Origin: a virus
Lineage: Duplodnaviria; Caudoviricetes
Reading direction: 5' to 3' (one strand)
DNA: 33,368 nt
Virus record (IMG/VR): IMGVR_UViG_3300002483_000039
Coordinates: 1 to 33,368 of that record
The notes below the pieces were generated by a model that was not told the origin of the DNA, made no database searches, and worked only from the letters and a program-made list of their open reading frames with translations. Every line of letters begins with the position of its first letter. Within the stretch, counting starts at the first letter, position 1. This document shows, in pieces, positions 1-6,623 of this stretch. The translations under genes were made by a program, and so were the position numbers.

Positions 1-55
<55 letters not shown>

Positions 56-79
56 TAGGGGGGTTTTTTCAAAAACTCA

Positions 80-187
80 AAAAGGTGTTATGCATCTCGC
101 AAGTTTTTTCCAAAAAGTGTTTTGGTTTTCGCAAGTTTTTCTGAAAAGGTGTTATGCATCTCGCAAGTTTTTTCCAAAAAGTGTTAT
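80..187. repeat. tandem repeat with 32-bp period (iteron/origin-like)
   Basis: Identical 42-mer AAAAGGTGTTATGCATCTCGCAAGTTTTTTCCAAAAAGTGTT at 80-121 and 144-185; TCGCAAGTTTTT at 97, 129, 161; GTGTT at 85, 117, 149, 181. Confidence 0.85.
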
Positions 188-234
188 GTCTTTGGAAAGT
201 TTTATGATAAAATATGATAATAGAAAGGAAGAAT

Positions 235-501
235 ATGACAGCTTTATATCCGTGTGTTAATCACACAACAATTGATGATACTGACGATATCTCAATTATT
301 GAAACAGAGAAGGGTGTTTACAGCGCTTTTTGTAACAAGAAAGGGTATCCGCCTAGGTATCTCTTCAAAGTCCGCAATCCGCTGGTCGATAACCGCTATG
401 TGAATAATATCGATGAGCTGCAAAAGGATAGGACAAGAACAGTCGTGAAGCTTGCTAAGAAGTTCTTGGAAAAGGAAAGGAGAAGTAAATATGTCTTCTG
501 A
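235..501 (+). CDS. hypothetical phage protein
   Basis: ORF 214-501; the ATG at 235 is preceded by SD-like GAAAGGAAG, so it is the preferred start. Confidence 0.7.
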   Translation: MTALYPCVNHTTIDDTDDISIIETEKGVYSAFCNKKGYPPRYLFKVRNPLVDNRYVNNIDELQKDRTRTVVKLAKKFLEKERRSKYVF

Positions 502-682
502 TGAGGACTACTGGATAAGCAAACACGCAAAAAGGAAGCAAGAGATTGTATCACAGCTTGAGAAATATATTAAGGTTAGAAATAAAACTAAAATTGATAT
601 ACTCAACCTGAGGTTTGATCACGAGATCAACAGACTCAGAGAAGAATTAAATACAATCAATCAATTGCTTAATGTTATTTAA
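491..682 (+). CDS. hypothetical coiled-coil protein
   Basis: ORF 452-682; ATG at 491 follows AGGAGA; overlaps the previous stop; followed by a hairpin. Confidence 0.7.
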   Translation: MSSDEDYWISKHAKRKQEIVSQLEKYIKVRNKTKIDILNLRFDHEINRLREELNTINQLLNVI

Positions 683-684
683 TC

Positions 685-712
685 TAAATAGGGGGTAAAA
701 ACTCCCTATTTA
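685..712 (+). terminator. putative rho-independent terminator
   Basis: TAAATAGGGGGT-AAAA-ACTCCCTATTTA, a 12-bp stem with one G-U, followed by a T-rich tract; starts just after the stop at 682. Confidence 0.65.
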
Positions 713-776
713 AACTATTTTATTTTCAAATTAAATATTATATAAGTAAAGAAATTATATTAAAAAGGAGCGAAGA

Positions 777-929
777 ATGTCGAAAGAAGATAAAAAATGG
801 GTGTCACAAATCATTTCTGTGGATACACAAAAGATGCTAGAGAGAATATGTAAGGATACTTTGAGAACAAAGCCGACTCAATTACATATAATTGTTAAGG
901 AATACTACGATAAATTAGAAAAACTTTAG
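777..929 (+). CDS. ribbon-helix-helix (Arc/CopG-like) DNA-binding protein, 50 aa, not in ORF track
   Basis: AGGAG SD; MSKEDKKWVSQIISVDTQKMLERICKDTLRTKPTQLHIIVKEYYDKLEKL has a strand-helix-helix pattern typical of RHH proteins. Confidence 0.7.
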   Translation: MSKEDKKWVSQIISVDTQKMLERICKDTLRTKPTQLHIIVKEYYDKLEKL

Positions 930-949
930 TATATTTTATTCATAAATTA

Positions 950-964
950 TGATAAATTTTGAGA
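950..964 (+). promoter_or_regulatory. extended -10 promoter, leaderless
   Basis: TG-A-TAAATT, 6 nt, then ATG at 965; no SD. Confidence 0.45.
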
Positions 965-1171
965 ATGTTGGAGATATTTAAAGATCATCCGCATTTCTTT
1001 GAGCGAACTGTTTATAAAGTCGAATACGTTGACGTGCCCGACGAAGAAGAGAATATTGTCCACAAAGTCCAAGTGGAGTTCACCGATGGCACAGAAAAAC
1101 TATACGATTTATCAGCTTGGAAAATGATTGTAGATAAAGGAAAAGAGATACTAGAGCGAAGAAGACTCTAA
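965..1171 (+). CDS. hypothetical phage protein
   Basis: ORF 959-1171; ATG at 965 is the preferred start. Confidence 0.7.
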   Translation: MLEIFKDHPHFFERTVYKVEYVDVPDEEENIVHKVQVEFTDGTEKLYDLSAWKMIVDKGKEILERRRL

Positions 1172-1285
1172 TACTCTTTTTTCCATTTCATCATATTCTA
1201 ATTTGTATTCTTTATACGCTGTCATCTGAGCGATAACATCTTGCAGATAAGCTATAATTAGTTTGTTTTCTTGATCTTCTGTCAT
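1151..1285 (-). CDS. small acidic helical protein, 44 aa, not in ORF track
   Basis: AAAGGA SD; MTEDQENKLIIAYLQDVIAQMTAYKEYKLEYDEMEKRVLESSSL. Confidence 0.55.
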   Translation of the reverse strand: MTEDQENKLIIAYLQDVIAQMTAYKEYKLEYDEMEKRVLESSSL

Positions 1286-1390
1286 TTGTTTATGTCCTTT
1301 TAGAGGGGGTAACTACTACTATATCAAAGTTCAAATGTAAATAGCCAGACAATTATTTTTGTTTTTGTTAAATAAATCAGTTGACATTTA

Positions 1391-1405
1391 TGGTAGCATT
1401 GTTCC
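1391..1405 (+). promoter_or_regulatory. extended -10 promoter, leaderless
   Basis: TG-G-TAGCAT, 6 nt, then ATG at 1406; no SD. Confidence 0.45.
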
Positions 1406-1627
1406 ATGGTAAAATTTATTCTTATTGGTTGGATATGCGCAGTTTACGCTGATCAGTCTCAAAAGTGTGTTCGAATGGTTTCAGAAGTTATCCATGATAA
1501 TTTAGAAAGCTGCATTGAATATAGTAAAATAATGGAAGAAGAGATATTAAAGGAAAACGACGCTTCAATGAGTATGCAGTGCACAAGCACAGGTGTCATT
1601 GAGGATTACGTTTTAACCATCTCGTAA
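1406..1627 (+). CDS. small protein with hydrophobic N-terminus and 4 Cys (possibly exported)
   Basis: MVKFILIGWICAVYA N-terminus; four cysteines. Confidence 0.65.
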   Translation: MVKFILIGWICAVYADQSQKCVRMVSEVIHDNLESCIEYSKIMEEEILKENDASMSMQCTSTGVIEDYVLTIS

Positions 1628-1964
1628 GCTTAGATCGAGTGGGGTGAACTTTCCACGAGTTGCTGTCCACGATCATCAAGACAACATCCATTGCCTTTTG
1701 AATTTTAGTTGGGGAGCGATAGATCTCATGACCGACCTGCCTCTTTTTACTTTTCGTTTTTCTGCGTGATCGAGTCTTCACATCAATTTTAAATGTTTCA
1801 TTCTCGGGAGAGATAGCGATCAAGTCTATGACTCCATTGGGAGCAACATTCTGAAAAACTAAAAAACCTAACTCCAATAAAATTTGAGCGGCACGAAGTT
1901 CGGAGACTATTCCCTTAACATGTTTGTCATGAATTAAATTAGTCGAGGACTTTTTTACTGTCAT
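1596..1964 (-). CDS. PD-(D/E)XK endonuclease (Hjc-like Holliday junction resolvase-like)
   Basis: KG..SE..A...L...GF.V, IDLIAI and IDVKT motifs. Confidence 0.75.
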   Translation of the reverse strand: MTVKKSSTNLIHDKHVKGIVSELRAAQILLELGFLVFQNVAPNGVIDLIAISPENETFKIDVKTRSRRKTKSKKRQVGHEIYRSPTKIQKAMDVVLMIVDSNSWKVHPTRSKLTRWLKRNPQ

Positions 1965-2217
1965 CAGAATACAATTTGAGAGGAATTGTCATTCTGTGAA
2001 TAATGGAGCTTTTATAAATAACTATGGTTCGACCACCCTCTTTATCTTTTCGGATCATCGAAGCCATTAACTTTAACTCCTCTTTATTTTCTTGAAGAAC
2101 CCATCCAACCTCATCGCATACAGCGGTTTTTAATTTTTTCATATCTTGGTAGGTATGCCATCCCGACTCTTCTTCGACGGTATCTCTCCAGACGACATAC
2201 TCCAGTTGATATTCCAT
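1939..2217 (-). CDS. conserved small beta-rich phage protein, function unknown
   Basis: V.W.D....GW....C..VGW pattern recalled from marine phage proteins. Confidence 0.7.
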   Translation of the reverse strand: MEYQLEYVVWRDTVEEESGWHTYQDMKKLKTAVCDEVGWVLQENKEELKLMASMIRKDKEGGRTIVIYKSSIIHRMTIPLKLYSDDSKKVLD

Positions 2218-2229
2218 ACTGGAATTATA
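2218..2229 (-). promoter_or_regulatory. -10 box, leaderless promoter
   Basis: TATAAT, 6 nt, then ATG at 2217. Confidence 0.5.
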
Positions 2230-2238
2230 TGAAATTAT

Positions 2239-2871
2239 TTATCTTTTTAAAGTATTCATACCAGGCACAAGCTTAGAGCATTTTGGATCTTTCTGTCCTT
2301 TAGTGACAGAGAACCACTGCTCGTGTCCTTGAATATAATCAACTTGACTACTTCTTTCGCATTTTCCATTTAAGAGAGTATCTTGAACTGCCTGCTGAAC
2401 AGAAGCCAGTGACATATCATCTCCGACCATCGATCCGCCATCCTTGAGCTTTCCCCACCAATTTAAGATATCCTCTTTCACGGCGTCATACTCGTGAGCG
2501 CCATCAATAATAATTCCTTGAAAGTGATTGTCACTCCATCGTTGCAGTGTGTTGGCATCATCGCTTCGAGATTTAACGGGAGTTACAATTCCTCCCTCAA
2601 TAAAAGCTTTACAGTTTTCCTTAAATCGATCGTAGAACCCACCAACAATATCTAAGTTAGCGTGCTCCGATGATCCCTCAAAAGTATCGAGAGCGTAAAC
2701 GTGGACCTTTTTTCCCGAGTTAATAATGTTAGTAGCGAGATAGGATGTAGACCTGCCCATAAAAGATCCGATCTCTAAAATTTCATCACCGTCTTCACAA
2801 TTGTCTAGTAGCTGATCGTATGCCTCATGCATATTGAACCAGCCAGGTATTTTAAAATAGCTGTGTTTCAT
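2239..2871 (-). CDS. class I SAM-dependent methyltransferase (Methyltransf_24-like)
   Basis: LEIGSFMGRST motif I, ALDTF, IIDGAHEYDAV..D, LKDGG..VGDD. Confidence 0.85.
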   Translation of the reverse strand: MKHSYFKIPGWFNMHEAYDQLLDNCEDGDEILEIGSFMGRSTSYLATNIINSGKKVHVYALDTFEGSSEHANLDIVGGFYDRFKENCKAFIEGGIVTPVKSRSDDANTLQRWSDNHFQGIIIDGAHEYDAVKEDILNWWGKLKDGGSMVGDDMSLASVQQAVQDTLLNGKCERSSQVDYIQGHEQWFSVTKGQKDPKCSKLVPGMNTLKR

Positions 2872-3071
2872 TTTTTCCTTTCACTCATTTCAATAGCTGC
2901 TCGAAGCATCACCTCTTGCATATTGGTAAAATAATTTTTTCCCATTAGTTTCTCTGCAAGCTTTCTTGCTCTTTTTCTGTTGTATTCTTCTGTGTGCCAA
3001 CGCTCCGATGCTCTCTTATCGGTGTGTTCGTATACAGGTTTCTTTTGTAATTTATATTTTCTGCTAGTCAT
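2868..3071 (-). CDS. hypothetical basic protein
   Basis: ORF coupled to both neighbours by 4-nt overlaps. Confidence 0.7.
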   Translation of the reverse strand: MTSRKYKLQKKPVYEHTDKRASERWHTEEYNRKRARKLAEKLMGKNYFTNMQEVMLRAAIEMSERKK

Positions 3072-3268
3072 TGAACTTTTTTTGTTATGTCCTTAGCTAG
3101 TTCCATAGCTGTCTCATGAATAATGTTAGCCATGGACCATTTCTCATATTTATCTAAGTTCTCTTGCATTTTAATCAAGGCATTAAAACATTCGCAAGCA
3201 TGTTTTAGTTTTAGATGATCAATCGTTTGATCGTCTTCTAATATTATTTCTGGCATCATATCAACCAC
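3068..3268 (-). CDS. hypothetical protein
   Basis: ORF overlapping the SNF2 stop and the next start. Confidence 0.65.
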   Translation of the reverse strand: MVDMMPEIILEDDQTIDHLKLKHACECFNALIKMQENLDKYEKWSMANIIHETAMELAKDITKKVQ

Positions 3269-4716
3269 TCCTTAAATTCTTCACCAAGTATTTCACTGGC
3301 GATGTTAATTTTAGAACGTAGACTTTTGATTATGTTTTCATCTACCGTTCCCTCACAGACTAAGTCAACGTATGTCACTTTATCCTCTGTTCCTATTCTA
3401 TGATTTCTAGCTTCAGCTTGTTCTCTGATTTCTAGATCATAATCGTTAGAATAAAATATCATAGTTTTAGCTATATTTAAAGTTAAGCCATATCCCCCTG
3501 TCCGCGGATGACCAACCAAAAATCGCATATGATGATCTGGGTCTCTAAACCTATCTAATATCTTGGGTCTCTCAGCGCTCGGAGTTTCTCCATAAAAACC
3601 TTCCGCTGACCCCTGTCCATATTTCTTGTCTAAAGTTTCAATAACCTTTTTAATATTATGGCGATATGAACACCAGATAATCACCTTTCCGTCTACCTCT
3701 TCTATCGTATCGAGTAACTCCTTTAATCTATTCTCAGAGAAATCAATGAGACCTCCCTCATCCGTTGTCATGTATCCACAGGCGATTTGATGTAATCTTT
3801 TTAATTGAGCAATCAAAGTAGCCGTTGTTAGTTGCTCTCCGTCAATTTCTGCTAGGGCAACATTCTTCATCATGACGTAAGCCTTAAGTTGTTTATCGGA
3901 CATCGGTACGCGTCTCTTCATATAAATTTTATCGGGTAAATCTAGAGCCTCCGCCTTTGTTACTCGGTAAGAGAACTGCTGTATTTTATCTGTTAGCTCA
4001 TCGAGTCGCTTGTATCCTGTAACCTTATTAAAGCTTCGACCACCAAAGTTTAGTTTGACTTGATTACAGTAGCGAGCCTTAAAAGAGTAAATAGAACTAA
4101 AGCCGAGCAGGTTTTCACTGAGAAAGGCACACTGACCATACAGATCCTCGGGAGACTTAGTAATTGGTGATCCCGTTAGAATGACTCGGTACTTTGCAAA
4201 CTCTCCGATCTTAATACATCTCTTTGTTCTTTGAGCGGACATGTTCTTAATGATTGTCGACTCATCAATACACATTAATGTTTTATCAACGAGCGTAAAC
4301 TTTTCTGCCACCGTTGATCCGAACTTAGTAATCACAGAGTCAATATTCATAATTAAGACTTTCAAACGATTGTCAGTAGCAAACAAAACTTTCTTAATTA
4401 TTTCTTGTTCCTTTTTTGTTTTTGCTCCCTCCCAAACGTGAACATCGTAGTCAATATGTTCGGCTAAATGTTTTTCTAGTTCTTCTCTCCAGTTGTATTT
4501 TATTCCGTTAGGACACACGACGAGTAGCTGATTTATTTTTCCGTTATCAAAAAGAATGGATATTCCATCAATAAGGACTTTGGTTTTACCGCAGCCCATC
4601 TCCATAAACAGTGCATACTCTGGTGAGTTTTTCTCAAACTGATTAAGCATTCCTGCTAAGCCAATAAGTTGATGTTCCATAGGCTTAGTTTTAAACTTGT
4701 ATTTATCTACTATCAT
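3256..4716 (-). CDS. SNF2-family (SF2) helicase/translocase
   Basis: EMGCGKT Walker A, IDEST box, LTGSP, GGYGLTL, QAEARNHRIG motif VI. Confidence 0.92.
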   Translation of the reverse strand: MIVDKYKFKTKPMEHQLIGLAGMLNQFEKNSPEYALFMEMGCGKTKVLIDGISILFDNGKINQLLVVCPNGIKYNWREELEKHLAEHIDYDVHVWEGAKTKKEQEIIKKVLFATDNRLKVLIMNIDSVITKFGSTVAEKFTLVDKTLMCIDESTIIKNMSAQRTKRCIKIGEFAKYRVILTGSPITKSPEDLYGQCAFLSENLLGFSSIYSFKARYCNQVKLNFGGRSFNKVTGYKRLDELTDKIQQFSYRVTKAEALDLPDKIYMKRRVPMSDKQLKAYVMMKNVALAEIDGEQLTTATLIAQLKRLHQIACGYMTTDEGGLIDFSENRLKELLDTIEEVDGKVIIWCSYRHNIKKVIETLDKKYGQGSAEGFYGETPSAERPKILDRFRDPDHHMRFLVGHPRTGGYGLTLNIAKTMIFYSNDYDLEIREQAEARNHRIGTEDKVTYVDLVCEGTVDENIIKSLRSKINIASEILGEEFKEWLI

Positions 4717-4748
4717 GTTAACAATTATTCTATAGAGAGAATTATTAC

Positions 4749-5099
4749 ATGAGCGAAAGTAAAAGTAAAGTTTATATCATTCAAAAGGTATTGCGTAAGC
4801 ATACCGATGGTACATTAAGGGGATTAGACTTCTCTCAAGCAGAGAGATTTGGAGAGATAATTTATTTATTTGATAGTCAAAAACAAGTAGTGATGTCTCC
4901 ACAGCCTACAATTAGAAAAATAAAACAAATCCTAAAAGACTTTAAAGACACGGATTATTTGGTTTTAGTAGGAGATCCCGCATTAATAGGGTTGACATGT
5001 TCGGTTGTAAGCACTATATCTAATGGTAGATATAATATGTTAAAATATGATAGATTAGAAAGAGATTACTTCCCTATCAGAGTTGACATAAACGAATAG
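4749..5099 (+). CDS. conserved alpha/beta protein of the replication module, function unknown
   Basis: DYLVLVGDPALIG...LKYDR..RDYFP; first gene of the rightward operon. Confidence 0.8.
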   Translation: MSESKSKVYIIQKVLRKHTDGTLRGLDFSQAERFGEIIYLFDSQKQVVMSPQPTIRKIKQILKDFKDTDYLVLVGDPALIGLTCSVVSTISNGRYNMLKYDRLERDYFPIRVDINE

Positions 5100-5110
5100 A
5101 AAGGAAAACG

Positions 5111-5653
5111 ATGACGTTAGATTTACGAAAAGAGAAAAGCGATTTTGAAGTGAGTGAAGTTGATCCGATATCAAAAGCGTGTCAGGAGCAATTAAAAATC
5201 GAAAAAGAAATTGAAGACTTAGAGTCTTTAATGAAAGTTAAAAAAGACCTGCTCAAACAAAACGGAGAACAAATTGTTTCTCTGATGGAAGAGCGTGGTG
5301 TCAAATCAATTAAGATGTCAGATGGACAATCTGTAGACATCAAACCATTTTATACTGGAAGCATATCTAGAGATAATCAAGAAGAGGCGTTTAAGTGGCT
5401 CCGTGATAATGGATATGATGACATTATAAAAAATCAAGTTGTCTTAAAATTTGGTAGAGCCGAAGACGAAAAGGCAGATCAAATTTACAGTGACTTGGCA
5501 AGTAAGGGTTTGGACGCTGATAGAAATATCAAAGTTGAACCTATGACTCTCAAGGGTTTCATTCGTGAAATGATTGAGAATGGCAAGGACATACCAATGG
5601 AAACATTTGGTGTCTATGTCGGACATAAAATCAATATCAAGAAAGGTAAGTAA
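5111..5653 (+). CDS. conserved phage replication-module protein (N-terminal coiled coil)
   Basis: AAGGA SD; EAFKWLRDNG..DIIK and VEPMTLKGF.RE motifs; lies upstream of the SSB-like gene. Confidence 0.8.
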   Translation: MTLDLRKEKSDFEVSEVDPISKACQEQLKIEKEIEDLESLMKVKKDLLKQNGEQIVSLMEERGVKSIKMSDGQSVDIKPFYTGSISRDNQEEAFKWLRDNGYDDIIKNQVVLKFGRAEDEKADQIYSDLASKGLDADRNIKVEPMTLKGFIREMIENGKDIPMETFGVYVGHKINIKKGK

Positions 5654-5656
5654 GAT

Positions 5657-6523
5657 ATGTCAGAGAAAAGTAAAACACAGCAAGTAGTAAAAGAAGAAAA
5701 GAAAAAAAGCGTAGCAGTATTTGATAACTCCATTTTAAGAAAAGCTGGTGCCTCTCTTAGTGAGAGAGATGCCGAAGATTATCAAATTCCATACCTAAAA
5801 GTTATTGTATCTGCTTCTCCTCAGAGAAAAAAAGATAACAACAATTATATTCAAGGTGCTGAAGAGGGTATGATTTTCAATAGTGTTACTCAAAAGCTTT
5901 ATAATGAACTTATTGTTCTTCCTGTATACTACAGAAGAAGATACACAGAGTGGCATACGGATAGAGATAAGGCGACAAGCCCTATTAACACCTATACTAT
6001 CGAAGAATATGAAAAAATGAAAAGAGATGGAAGAGTTGTTAGAAATGAAAATAATATAGAAATTTTAGATGATGGTGACACTTACGTTCAAAACACCGCT
6101 GAACACTATGTGATTGTCATTGAGGAAGATGGAAGTTGGAATCAAGCTATCATCAAAATGAAATCTACTCAGCTCAAGAAATCTAGAACATGGAATTCAA
6201 TTATGGCTAATCAAAGAAGAATTGATGGCGATGAAATTTATCAACCTAAAGATTTTGCTAGATCATATAAACTTTCTACAAAATCTGTGCCTGGTAAAAA
6301 GGGTGATTATTATGATTGGGTAATAAATCAAGATAAATGGATTGATGAATTAGATAATCCTAATATCGAAAAGATATTTAGTGATGCTGTTAAATTTGAA
6401 AAGGCTATCCATAAAGGTGAGGTATCTGGTGTAGAAGATAACTCCGATGAACAAGTTTCTCCGCAAAAGGGTAGCGGAGATGCCTCCATGAATGGTGAAT
6501 CTGACTCCGATTTACCATTCTAG
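5657..6523 (+). CDS. putative single-stranded DNA-binding protein
   Basis: IPYLKV, AIIKMKSTQLKKSRTWNS motifs; acidic disordered tail ending DSDLPF; position in the replication operon. Confidence 0.65.
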   Translation: MSEKSKTQQVVKEEKKKSVAVFDNSILRKAGASLSERDAEDYQIPYLKVIVSASPQRKKDNNNYIQGAEEGMIFNSVTQKLYNELIVLPVYYRRRYTEWHTDRDKATSPINTYTIEEYEKMKRDGRVVRNENNIEILDDGDTYVQNTAEHYVIVIEEDGSWNQAIIKMKSTQLKKSRTWNSIMANQRRIDGDEIYQPKDFARSYKLSTKSVPGKKGDYYDWVINQDKWIDELDNPNIEKIFSDAVKFEKAIHKGEVSGVEDNSDEQVSPQKGSGDASMNGESDSDLPF

Positions 6524-6535
6524 CTTTACTAGCGC

Positions 6536-6606
6536 AAGATACGGCAGTCCTTGCTATTAATTATTTCTCCTCGTTTATGTTATATCGGGGTTGCCGTATC
6601 TTTTTT
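6536..6606 (+). terminator. long-loop hairpin plus U-tract (terminator or structured RNA)
   Basis: AAGATACGGCAGTCCT (6536-6551) pairs with GGGGTTGCCGTATCTT (6587-6602); 35-nt loop; T6 at 6601-6606. Confidence 0.65.
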
Positions 6607-6623
6607 ATTAAGGGAACCAATGA

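Noticed and set aside
80-187. CRISPR array
   Set aside because: Units are contiguous with only about 7 variable nt between them, those segments themselves repeat, and there are no cas genes
1381-1386. Perfect TTGACA as a -35 box
   Set aside because: No -10 hexamer at 16-18 bp; the nearby TAGCAT is only 7 bp away
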